The position numbers and the translations under genes were made by a program. Of a stretch of 64,000 bases of DNA, positions 1 to 11,339 are shown one piece after another. The notes beneath the pieces are model-generated. The model ran no database searches and was not told the DNA's origin. It saw only the letters and a list, made by a program, of their open reading frames with translations. How positions within the stretch are numbered: the first letter of the stretch is position 1; every line of letters starts with the position of its first letter. This DNA is from Glaucostegus cemiculus. Taxonomy: Eukaryota. The stretch covers positions 21,762,001 through 21,826,000 of the forward strand of contig CDPCPM010000056.1 in NCBI GenBank assembly GCA_976551045.1, given 5' to 3'.

Positions 1-214
1 GTTCATGCATTTTTGAAATTTCTTGGAATTAAGCAGGGAAACCAATGCAGTTAGGAACCTTGAAGATTGTAAAATATGCCCATACATACTGATACCAAGA
101 TAGTGTTATCAGCAGTGCCATGCAACACTTCCAATTGTTCATTGATGCTGAGTGATCACTTCATCCACACCTCAATGCATCCTGGTCCAAACATACTCAA
201 CAGAGTCAAAGAGA

Positions 215-530
215 GATACAGCAGGAAAACTGTTCCTTTGGCCCAACAGGTACATACTGACAAGCAACTACCCATTTTACATTAATCCGGTGTTAATCCC
301 TTGTTTTTTATTCTCCCTATTTTATTCTCCCATCAATTCCCCACAGATTTTACCACTCACCTACAAACTAGAGGCAATTTACAGTGGCCAATTAACCTAC
401 TAACCTGTATGCCTTTGAGATGCAGGAGGAAGCTGGAGTACCCAGGGGCCACAGAGAGAATGGTCAGGGATGAACCAGATCTCTGGTGCTGTGTGGCAAT
501 GGCTGTTCAAGGAATGCCATTGTGCTGCCC
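215..530 (-). mobile_element. tRNA-derived V-SINE (HE1-like) with CR1/HER1-type tail, decayed
   Basis: Minus strand starts GGGCAGCACAATGG (tRNA-like head). The core ATTAACCTACTAACCTGTATGCCTTTGAGATGCAGGAGGAAGCTGGAGTACCC resembles the copies at 37220 and 41660. The left end resembles a reversed CR1 3' tail (GATACAGCAGGAAAAC...CCTTTGGCCCAAC). Confidence 0.7.
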
Positions 531-627
531 TAAGAGCTGAACTCCAGAGGCAAGGTGAAAATGACTGCACTTTAAATCAAGGCATCTTTTGATCAAGTCT
601 GTCATTAAGAAGATAAAGCCAGAAATT

Positions 628-700
628 TTAAATAAAACCAGAAAATGCTGGAAATATTCAGCAAATCAGCCACCATCAGTGGCATCAAAAAAGTATTGAT
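628..700 (-). mobile_element. Penelope-like element terminal fragment
   Basis: TAAAACCAGAAAATGCTGGAAATATTCAGCAAATCAGC matches the motif shared with 23201, 28241, 34100 and 54620. Confidence 0.55.
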
Positions 701-749
701 AAACCAGCAATCAATTGGAATCGTGGGAAAACTTCTTCACCAGCTAGAG

Positions 750-1685
750 TCACTCCTTACACAAAGGAAGAAGATATGGTATTGGAGGGGCAATCATTTC
801 CATACCAAGACAACAGGAGTTCCTTATGTCACTTTCTTAAGTCCAAACATTATCTTCAGCTGCTTCCTCATTGGCCAATTCCATTTCCAACTCCTCAGAA
901 AATGAAGCAGCCCCTGCCTGCATGCTTGAAGCCCTGGACAACATTCAAGCCCAGGCTAACAACTGTCAAGTATCATTTGCAGAATACAAGTCCTGAGTAA
1001 TGACCACCTCCACCAAGAGGGAGTCTAACCACCAGTCCTTGACATTCAATGGCATTACATTGCCAAATCACCCACCATTAATGTCTTAGGGACTGTCACT
1101 GACATATTCAGAACCTGGCTACCCTTTGACCCATGACTGAACTCGTGTCTTTCCAAAACCTTTCCCCCCAGTCTACATGTAAATGTCAAAATTTGATGGA
1201 ATACCTTTGATTTCCCCAGATGAGTGCAATTTCAAAAGCACTCGAAGGCCAATACCATTTAAGTAAAAGCAACCATTCACAATTCTAAACATTTATACCC
1301 TCCCTCACTGCTGCATCATGGTTGCAGTTTGTACCATCTTCAAAATGTTCTGCAGGTACTTGCCAATTCTATTCCAATAGGACCTCCTAGATGCACGAAA
1401 TCTACATTGAAGAAGAACAAGGGTAGCTTACACAAAGGAACACTATCATATTCAGGTTCCACTCCAAGTTAAGAATCATCCTGACTTGGAAATATATCTC
1501 CACATATTTCATTGTATTTTACACCTGTAAATCCTTCCTCAGCAATGTTGTAGGAGTGCCTACATCAGAAAGATAGCAAATGTTCAAGAAGACACTTCAC
1601 CACTGCCTTCTCAAGGGCATTAAGGGATGGGCAATAAAAGCTAACCTGCCAGCAACTCTCACATTCTGCACAGAATAAAAAAAAG
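750..1685 (+). mobile_element. Decayed LINE, 'family B' (L2/CR1/Jockey group, distinct from the CR1 copies), 3' part with tail
   Basis: RT-region remnant GGAGTTCCT...ATCTTCAGCTGCTTC. 3' end CTCAAGGGCATTAAGGGATGGGCAATAAAAGC...GAATAAAAAAA. Homologous to copies at 20490, 31690, 39640 and 44330. Confidence 0.75.
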
Positions 1686-3239
1686 TCATCTATATGCCTT
1701 CTTGCCTACTTTTCTGCCTCCAAGACCACTGATTGTCAGCAACATGTCCTCTGCAACTGTTAGTTACAAGATTATGGAAAGTCACTTTCAGTCTTTTGTC
1801 TCTTTCTGTCCTTTGCTCTCTTCCTGCAAATAGAGAAAGAAGAGAGGGAAATCCAGAAGCTATTTAATATTGTAGTTACTAACTTTAAAAAAATCAACTA
1901 TGTCACACTGAGCTCCTCATTGTTTTTGGGCCTCTTTTGCCTCCAGCTCCCAGTGTTTGTGAAAATAAAGCTAAGACTGTAACTTTAATCCTATTGGTGA
2001 ATTGCTTAGCCTCAGAACTTCACGCAAAGTTATTTATTCTGCCTTAAGTTTTAAATTTAAATACATTAAGTTTTATTTTGCATCAATGGCTCATCATTCT
2101 TCACCCTCCAACTGCTGATTTGTTGCTATTTACCATATCCCACCCATTAATAATTTTAAAAACCATCATACTGCCCTTTGATCTGTGCCCTACTGAGGTC
2201 TCTTTTTTTTTCAAATCTTACAATGTATTTTTGTGTCCTCATGCCAGGCAGCAGCCCAGTCTTTAATGGGTGCTGTTGGCTTTCATATTCTTTATGTAAT
2301 GAGGATTTTACATGCAACTTAATCCATCCTCCTCGGGGTTTAGTGGGGTACTTAGAGAGGGACAGCATTGAGAGTCACGGTACTGTACATCAATGAAAAA
2401 AAAAGTCTATTGATCTATCAGGAAGAAAAATAATTAATTAGGTTCTGAAATCTTGCTCTCTATTCATTCTCCATTTAAATGCTATCTTATTCCTCATTTT
2501 GTCCTGCATGTCCTTGCCAACCAGCTGCTCTTATTCCGTCCTGGTCTCTTGATTTTTATTACAAACCAGTAATCAATATTAAAAATGTCAAAAATCATTG
2601 TGGTTACCTTAAGATAGCAAATTTGTTTAATACATGTATATACAATAGTGATCCATTGTAATACCTGAATAACTGCCAAGTGACAGTAATACCCATTCAG
2701 TATAATATTTTTTGCACCAAGGAGATCATGTTGCAGTTGAGAATTGAAAGGAAACAAACATTTTACAGTGACATCATTGAAATCCTTATTCCATTCATAT
2801 CTGTGTTTAGTTCCTGTTTAAAATATTGCAAATTTCATTTAAATCTCTCCTTTTTGTGGTGCTGGTCATAACTAGTTTGTGACTTCACCACTGATGCAGG
2901 TGAATTCTTATCTATAAACTATAATCTGCAGATTCTCTCCATGTATTCTATATATTGCTATATCAGAGCATCAACATTTTCAGTCTTTTAGTTTAATTTT
3001 CTTTAGTGTTCTGTGTTTATGTGCACGTATCTATTTTAGTAAATCATAAATGATACTAAATCATCAATTGTTGATTTAACTTGTATTTGTGCAGCATTTA
3101 TCTCTCTTGTTGATGACAGTTCAGTAATATTCAAAAAAAGATTACTTCTACTCAAGCAGCTGAAATATATATCTCATTGAAGGTAACTTTGCATATGAGA
3201 ACCCAGAATCAATTCTGATTTTATTATCATGTCCTACAG

Positions 3240-3620
3240 CTGAATGTTGGTTGCTAACGATCATAGAATGTCAGCGACAATCTCAGTCTGTGACTTTTCA
3301 TCAGCTTTGCTTGCCACCACTTACTGCCCACTGCACAGGCAGAGCCAGCTGCAGTCAAGAGGCAGTAATTTAGGTGTTTAAGCCAAGCTGACAGCCTTTA
3401 TGTCATGGTGGGTGACAGTGCATATTTGACACGGTACAGCTGTATATTGTGCGAGGTGAAGAATGTGATGCCATTTATCTTATTTTCATACATTTCTTAG
3501 GCACGGTTGCTCTATTCATGTGTGCGTGGGGGAGGGTTCTCTCTTTGCTTAGTGAAAAGGAAGGATTGAAGCATCCCTGTAGGCCAATTGCGTATGACTT
3601 TTTTCATTTTATATTCATAG
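3240..3620. promoter_or_regulatory. Candidate conserved non-coding element / enhancer
   Basis: Unique-looking, TE-free sequence with clustered TGACAG (TALE-type), CAGCTG E-box and TAATT motifs. Conservation is inferred, not aligned. Confidence 0.35.
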
Positions 3621-4529
3621 TATTGATAAAAAAAATGCTAGAGATACCAAGTATAAATTAGTTCTGCTTTGGAACAGGTCACCATGTAGTTAGCGCATGT
3701 TTAACATATGTTTCAGTCACTTTTTAACTCTAAGACTGCTTTGGTAAATACAGAGCAATATTAGGCTGTGATTTTAAATCCTTGTTCATCTGTCTCCATG
3801 TCAGAACTGACGTGCATCAAAATTTTCAGTCCAATATTATTTTGTTTTTCTGTGCCGTTAGTAATACCTTATTTCATATCAATGTGGGTTACAAATGCTG
3901 AATAAGCAGTGAATTCACAGCATGTGAATTCAAGCTTCTTGCATGGGTCAAAGGATGTGGGTCGCAGTACTTGGCCACGTGCTATAGATCTATGTATTTG
4001 GTTAACATTTGTGACATATGTAGGACTGTTCATCCATTGCAATTAATTGCTAAAATTCAGTATTTTCATTTCATAAATGCCTTACGTATTCAATTTTTTC
4101 CCATACCCTACTTATTATTTTTGAAATCTGTTAAATATCCTTTCACAGAAGTACCTTCCTTTATATGTTTTGAAGTGGAATGTAAACTATGTATTCTAAA
4201 TTGCTGCTCAACAGGATTTATTCTCACCCTTTTCACATTTGCACAATTGGTCTATTCAGAACTATACATACACTTAAATCCCTCATTATGAGAAAAGTGT
4301 GTTAAATTGAATATTAGAATAGTATTTCACGTATATTCCTGTAACTCCCATATGCAGTAATGGTTTTGTAAATGCACATCCAATCTGTCATTTTGAGAAA
4401 GTATATCAGTAGTTAGATATATAATCAGTTGTTAAACAGAAACCAATGTGCCATATTTATCCCATTAGGTAATTTTTCCTGATTTCAATTTAGTTTTAGA
4501 ATTCAGCCAGTTCAGAAGTACTTCTACTG

Positions 4530-4960
4530 AAACCAGGTAAGTTATTTCATCCTCTCTGTGCCCTTGCTACACGCTTTTTTATTCACCAGATGGATTTTAA
4601 GAGGACAGGAAATCATTTCCCAAATATGCTGTGGAATAAGCTCTGCCTGTTTACATTTTGAATCCCCATTATTAGACCTGTGTCGTTTATCATTACAAAC
4701 CATTATCATGGCTGATCGGCTGCTTTGTTCGCCCCACCGCTTCCGATGCACTCTGCTCCTTGAAGATTAGCTTTATAAACCACTGCTGTAAAAGGGAAAA
4801 GGCGACAATCTCTTCATAGGAGAGCAACCTGATTTGTTGAGATGGGATAAAAGTATGAGTCATTCTTATAATGTTATGCTTATCTCCACATAATTTTGCA
4901 ATTACCCTCATCAACAATGAGATAATTCTAAACTGTTTCATGATCTTTTTGTCACAGCAT
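4530..4960. promoter_or_regulatory. Candidate conserved non-coding element / enhancer
   Basis: TE-free, with locally retained CpGs (GATCGG, TTCGCC, CCGCTTCCGATG, GGCGAC), TGTTTAC forkhead and CTTTGT SOX/TCF-like motifs. Inference only. Confidence 0.4.
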
Positions 4961-6149
4961 ATTGTGATTATTGGTCACCAGGGTTTAGAGATTGCAGTTA
5001 GTACAGTAATCAGAGGTTAACTGTGGATTGCCAAAGATTTAGGGGGGATTACTATTGTTGGGTGTCTTCTAATAATGCTGCTTTCACCCTCAACACACAA
5101 TGCACAATCTCATGCATACTTAGTGCCAAAATGTTGGAATGATTTTTGCACAGAATTCTTAAGATCAAACATTTAAACCACGACTTTTGCAAACAGGCCG
5201 AGGATCTCCTGAAATATTTCCTGTGTACTTGTGGCTCTCAAGTAACTTAGGTGTTTTTGTAGCAGATTGCTATGTTGAATGTAGCACTCAACAGTTCTGG
5301 ACACATGAGGAGAAAGTTTATCAAACTGAAGAAAGTGTTCTGTGAGACTGGTGAATTTAGTGAACTGTTTCCGACCCAAGTAGTCATATCAAGAATTGCA
5401 CTCTTAATCTTGTTACTTTGTGGTGGACAACATTTGCCTAAAAATGGGCTCATTTTTCATCTATTTTTATGCTCATAAAAGATGGTTTAAACCAGTGTAC
5501 ATCACATTAGTGATAGTTTCCTGGTGAAATTGTTCACATGACAAAATTGGACAGAGCACTTCCACGCACGAGTCATGTTTGCACGGTTAATGACGTTATT
5601 ATTCACTCTGTGCTCATTTTCTTCCTTACTGACAGAAATTGGAGTTTGAACTTACAACCTGTAACCTTGAAACTTTCTCAGCACAATTAGGAGCACATCA
5701 TGCTACTTTGTTGCCTTTATCACTATTTAAATGGATGCTGCTGACATTAGGAGACCCAAATGAGCAGTTTAAAAACTTGCTGAGAGATGCTCGGTCACTT
5801 TTCAAGACTATAGCTTATGCTAAAACTTACAGGGATTGCTTTCTCCTGTATTTTGATGCTGACTTACTCCTTCAGTGGGTGCCTCAAGGGTGATACCATT
5901 GCTAGCATGCCATTAATAACCTTTCTAGTTGAGTCACGGCTGGGTGTGCAGCAAACAGTAGCAATACCTGTGTCACCTACCTCAGCACAATAAAGCATGT
6001 GAGTTGACTTAAATAAGGATGCATTTCAAATGTGATGATGTGTTCAGAATTGTTTATAACAACAAAAAATCAAATAATACCAATGGGAGATGAAATTTAA
6101 CAGCCTTTCCTACTTCATTACTTGTTATGTGGGACTTGCAGTCCTATCA

Positions 6150-6780
6150 TTACATCAGTGCTTCCTTTTGTAGTGGCTGGAAGGGTGCACCCTTGCCCTT
6201 TGGTGACCTAGGAAAAGCTCTTGTCCAACTTAGGCCAGTTTCACTTGGACTGCTGCCCAGGGTCAAATAAGGAAGCAGTCTGGAAGGGGTAGCTGTGAGA
6301 CATGTATGGCATGTCACCATTGAAGACGATAGGATAAGAAATGGCCTGGTTTCCTCCTCAAGGATGACATCAGTTTCCTGATCCTGCGCACCAGATGGCA
6401 CCTCAGGGGACCAAGAAGACAGCAGTGTAATGATCTGCAGGCAACCAGACTGGTAATCCACTATTTCAACCTCCAGACCTGAAGTGGAGCCAGCTCTTAC
6501 TCTGAATCAAAGATGTTTATTCACTGCAGTCTTCAGTCTTCTTGGAGTCACTTCTTACAATGCAGACTAAAAAGTGGATTGAATGCGTTTGTAGTTAGGT
6601 GGTGTATGGCATGTCACAGCTCTTGCAGAAGAGAGATGAGGTCTTTCATCCCAAATCTCTACTCTAAAGGAGAGTTATCTGCTCATGAATAGCATCCCTC
6701 TGTTGTTTGGGGACATTCAGATGCACCCTAGTAGTGTTTTGCTGTTCCTTTAAACTCCATGTGGAGAGATCAGAGCTCCA
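6150..6780. repeat. Unclassified GC-richer interspersed-repeat-like segment with a 15-bp direct repeat
   Basis: TGTATGGCATGTCAC occurs at 6303-6317 and 6603-6617. Composition differs from the AT-rich flanks. Confidence 0.35.
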
Positions 6781-6979
6781 TCTAGATAAGGGTTAAACTG
6801 CATAGGAACAACAATTTTGCATAACCACTGTCTGGCTCTACAGCAGCAGTAATCTGAATCAGTAGATGCTGTGTGATCAGATTATTGTTGATACCCAGTA
6901 TTGAATTGTGTGTGACCTCCAGAGTTTGATATGATCCAGCTAAAATTGGTGTTTTTTTTAAATTAAACCTCAAGAGGAC

Positions 6980-7220
6980 ACCAAAGATCCCATAGGACAG
7001 TATAAAAAGTCACCAAGAACTTCTTTGAATGTCCTAGCCAATATTTTTTGCATAACCAACATCATTAAAGCAGATTAATTGGTTATTTTATGAGCACAAT
7101 TTGTGGTACCTTTCTGTGTACAAATTAGCTTGTGTGCTTCTGAAACAAGAGCAATGGCTGTGCTTCAGAAGTATCAAATTTTACAGTAAAACTCTTTGGA
7201 CATCCTGAGCTAGTGAAGAG
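6980..7220 (+). mobile_element. DeuSINE (SacSINE1/AmnSINE1-like) relic
   Basis: Deu-domain-like AAGATCCCAT...TGTCCTAGCCAATATTT...AACCAACATCATTAAAGCAGATTA...CAAATTAGCT...CTTTGGACATCCTGAG...TGAA. Confidence 0.7.
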
Positions 7221-8139
7221 TAGGCCCAACTAATACCACCAAAACACATTAAGTGAAATGAAACAAAAGAGAAAATAACTGGAAATAAAAACAGCCTGTG
7301 AGGCAGTCCCAGCATAGCTCATTTTTCCTATTAAGCATCTGACATCACTCAGTTTATTTTCATTAAACTGTAGCCCTGTCGTTTATCCTCCATGTCCAAC
7401 CCATTTATTGTCAGATCTTTTTAATAAATTTTGAACAATCCTGTACATTGTTCTCTTCTGACCACTGGAGGCACATCAAGAACCATGAGTAGGTGCATTT
7501 GTGGGGAGACTTTCTACATCTTTAATTGTAGTCATTATTTAAGAATTATCACAAATTGTTGAGCACTTTGAAAGTGCTAGGCTCTTAATGGCATATGCAA
7601 ATTACATTATAGCTGATATAAAGTAATTTTTTGTAGTCTAATTTACTCCACAGATTTTGAGTACCATATTCTTATAATGTATGTCTATTTGTCTTTTGAC
7701 ATGGTTCAGCTCCCAATGACTTTAGCCAGATGTATAAAAATAATTACTAGCTCTATGATTGTGGAAGCATTGTCTTTTCAAATGAACAATATAATCAGAT
7801 GATTTTGTTCTGTGCAAAGCAAAGGGATTATTACAGATTACTTGCAGCATAATTTTAGTTTTTAATCTTAAGTGGATGTTGTTTGGATGACTGGTGAAAA
7901 TCTGCTATCAAAGTTTGAATTACGCTCAGCTGTTTACTTAAAAAATACTGTTTTATTTTGAATGCTTAAATGACAGATTGCAACTTGTGATGACTAGTGC
8001 AACCTTTGTACTATACAGATGGATAGTGAAACATCTTATTCAAAGGACATTTGGTGTGTCCTTGCTGAGGCAACTGCCTACTTGAGACAGGAATGCTGCC
8101 CATCCTTCTATTATGTAAGCTGGACACCCTTTTGCCCAA

Positions 8140-8700
8140 TATCAGCTTTGAACTCTGTTCCACATTTTGACGTTGTAATTTCAGAAAACTTTTCAGGAAT
8201 GTATTTGTCCCCCGCTAATAATTCTCAAAATCTGTTTCATATCTTTGTCAGTCAAAGCATTCTGTTTTCTCATGATAATAACATATTGCAATTAATTTGC
8301 ATGCAAATTAGTTTAATTTGAAAATGGACTTTACCCAATAAACAGTAGGCTTTAACATTATGAAGCCATAAAGGGTTTAATTGTTACATTGTTACGGTTT
8401 AATGATTTTTAATTAGATCTAATTAACACATGTAAATATAAATGGTCACAGTATAGATATTTTTGCCTATTTAAAGCTTTTGTAAGATCTTTATCTATTA
8501 GAATATTTAAAGGTAATTTTATGGATTTAAAATTAAACAAAATCAATAAATGTGTGAAATATTCCCTGTGCGACCGAATCAGTTGAATATGTGGGAGTAA
8601 TTTTAATATGGCTTCTGTTCCATAGTGGGGTAATAGGAGAATTGAATTTATTTTTCCCCAAACCATGTCTTACTCATTACTGACCTGACATCAAACCATC
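8140..8700. promoter_or_regulatory. Candidate conserved non-coding element, rich in homeodomain and POU motifs
   Basis: Dense TAAT/ATTA motifs, overlapping octamers ATTTGCATGCAAAT (8295-8308), TTTATGG and AATCAATAA. No TE signature. Inference only. Confidence 0.4.
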
Positions 8701-9331
8701 TCAGCTTTTGAGGAGTTTGGTGGATGGTCAGCATTGCTCTCTTAATTTCAATTTGTGCAACAAGTATAAGGGGTGTCGACCGTTTAGACCTCAAGCACTG
8801 GTCTCTGGTGCAATGTGCATTTCAAACATATGAGAAATACTTTATTTGTGTGGATGCATCATTAGTAGGCATGCTGCTTCCTCCAGGTTATTGAGCAACA
8901 CATTCATTCTGCCCTGTCATATTGTCACCTCCCCCACAATGCCCTCTCTACCCCCAATCCACTCCCTCCATTCAACTCAATTGTAAGGGATTATCTCAGA
9001 ATCAGAATGTTTACCTTTAGGACTGGGTGATTTCCTACCTGAATTTTGGAGTGCACTTTCTGCACATGTAACATCCATACTCTGGCCATATTGGCAATGA
9101 AGTCCAGCCACCATTATGGTTTAAGCTTTTCTTTGATAGTGTTGGGTGGATGAAACAATCATAATACCTATTGCGCAACCAGTTAATGAAACACACAATC
9201 TTTTTTCTCATAAGTTTCATTAACTTTGTAAATTTTGGCAGGAGATCACCAGAACTTTTAACTCAAATTTGACGGTGGCAGATTTTGGTGTTGCTTTATT
9301 AATTAGGTTTTTTTTAAGAAAATGCAACTAA

Positions 9332-10490
9332 TTTGATAAGGCACCCCATGCAAGGCCTATTGAGAAAATAAGGAGGCATGGGATCCAAGGGGACATTGCT
9401 TTGTGGATCCAGAACTGGCTGGCCCTCAGAAGGCAAAGAGTGGTTGTTGATGGGTCATATTCTGCATGGAGGTTGGTAACCAGTGGTGTACCTCAGGGAT
9501 CTGTTCTGAGACCCTTACTCTTAATGATTTTTATAAATGACCTGGATGAGGGAGTGGCGGGATGGGTTAGTAAGTTTGCTGATGACACAAAGATTGGAGG
9601 TGTTGTGGATAGTGTGGAGGGCTGATGGAGGTTACAGCAGGACATAGATAGGATGCAAAACTGGGCTGAGAAGTGGCAAATGGAGTTCAACCCAGATAAG
9701 TGTGAAGGGATTCATTTTGGTAGATCAAATAAGATGGCAGAATATAGCACTAATGGTAAGACTCTTGGCAGTGTGGAGGATCAGAGGGATCTTGGGGTCC
9801 AAGTCCATAGGACGCTCAAAGCAGCTGCATAGGTTGACTCTGTGGTTAAGAAGGCATACGGTGTATTGTCCTTCATCAATCGTGGAATTGAATTTAGGAG
9901 CCGAGAGGTAATGTTGCAGCTATATAGGACCTTGGTCAGACCCCACTTGGAGTACTATGCTTATTTCTGGTCGCCTTATTACAGGAAGGATGTGGAAGCC
10001 ATAGAAAGGGTGCAGAGGAGATTTACAAGGATGCTGTCTGGATTAGGGAGCATGCGTTATGAAAATAGGTTGAGAGAACTCGGCCTTTTCTCTTTAGAGC
10101 GATGGAGGATGAGCGGGGACCTGAGAGAGATGTATAAGATGATGAGAGGCATTGATCATGTTGATAGTCAGAGGCTTTTTCCCAGGGCTGAAAAGGTTGC
10201 CACACGAGGACGTACTGTAGGTTTAAGGTGTTGGGGAGTAAATATAGAGGAGATGTCAAGGGTAAGTTTTTTACACAGAGAGTGGTGAGTGCATGGAATT
10301 GGCTGCCAGCAATGGTGGTGGAGGTGGATACAATAGGGTCTTTTAAGAGACTTTTGGACAGGTACATGAAGCTTAGAAAAATAGAGGGCTATGGGTAAAC
10401 CTAGTAATTTCTAAAGTAGGGACATGTTTGGCACAGCTCTGTGGGCCGAAGGGCCTGAATTGTGCTGTAAGTTTTCTATGCACTACATTC
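9332..10490 (+). mobile_element. CR1 (HER1-like) LINE, 5'-truncated, RT domain plus 3' UTR, disrupted
   Basis: Peptides [41 protein letters not shown] and LVRPHLEY..FWSP, with stops and frameshifts. Tail GGGCCGAAGGGCCTG..TGTGCTGTA..TTCTATG. Confidence 0.95.
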
Positions 10491-10959
10491 TAATTGTTTA
10501 AGTCAGGGGTGTTTTTTTTCAGTTATTGTTTAGCAAAATTGGAAGTATTTGAAATGTTAAAAGTATTTTTAAAGTGTTTAAAAACATTAGACAAATGCAT
10601 TAGCTTTCACTTCCTGCATGTAAGTTGGTGCTGAGGATAATACCTGCACATTTAAAGTCATCCATTGCTACCAGTTTTGTTGATATACTCTGTTTTTTTT
10701 TCACTCAAGACTCTCCAGTTAGAGCTATTACATATCAACAAATAATTGTGGTTGCTCTGTAATCAGTATTGTGCTAACCACGACTGCTGCATCTAAAGCA
10801 GCAACCCTCATTCAAAATGGTGGCAAGCGGTTTGTTTTCTATAACTTTAATTAACATTAATAGAAGATCAATGGTGCTGGAGTGTGGTGACTCATTACAA
10901 GCTGCTCTCTGCAGATTTATTCATTACTTCTATTATAATCATTCTATTCTTTTAAATCT

Positions 10960-11172
10960 AAATTCTATGACTCTAAGATGGCCTTGCACCTTATTGTCTG
11001 CCTGTACTGCATTTTGTCTGTACCTGGAACACTTTATTCTGCGTTCTGTTATTGCTTTCCCTTGCACTACTTCAATGCACTCTTGTAATGAAATGATCTG
11101 TATGGATGGCATGCATTACAAAGATTTTTCATTGTACCGCAATACATGTGACAATAATAAACCAATTTACCA
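10960..11172 (+). mobile_element. LINE 3' UTR fragment, probably Rex1/Babar-type
   Basis: Ends TTTTCATTGTACC...ACATGTGACAATAATAAACCAATTTACCA. A similar tail occurs at 36120-36333. Clade assigned from recognition only. Confidence 0.55.
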
Positions 11173-11339
11173 GTATACAATATCTGCCCTCTGAAATCTG
11201 CATTCTTAAAGCTAAATGCATTGTTGTCATGGTAAAACATATTGCCAATGTATAGTTCTATTGATGATAAAAAGAAATAAGAAAATATTTTCCAATAGGA
11301 CTTTGGATGTGTTCTTTAGGTCTTTATTTGTTAAACTTG

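Noticed and set aside
3910-3932. Small hairpin TGAATTCACA-GCA-TGTGAATTCA
   Set aside because: A 10-bp AT-rich stem with no terminator or ncRNA context. Plausible by chance.
9401-10288. ORFs with reverse-transcriptase motifs as functional genes (also 50723-51861 and 26825-27106)
   Set aside because: They are fragments of 5'-truncated LINEs with stops and frameshifts.
9328-10495. CTAATT at both ends of the CR1 as a TSD
   Set aside because: A short AT-rich match with uncertain element boundaries. Not distinguishable from chance.
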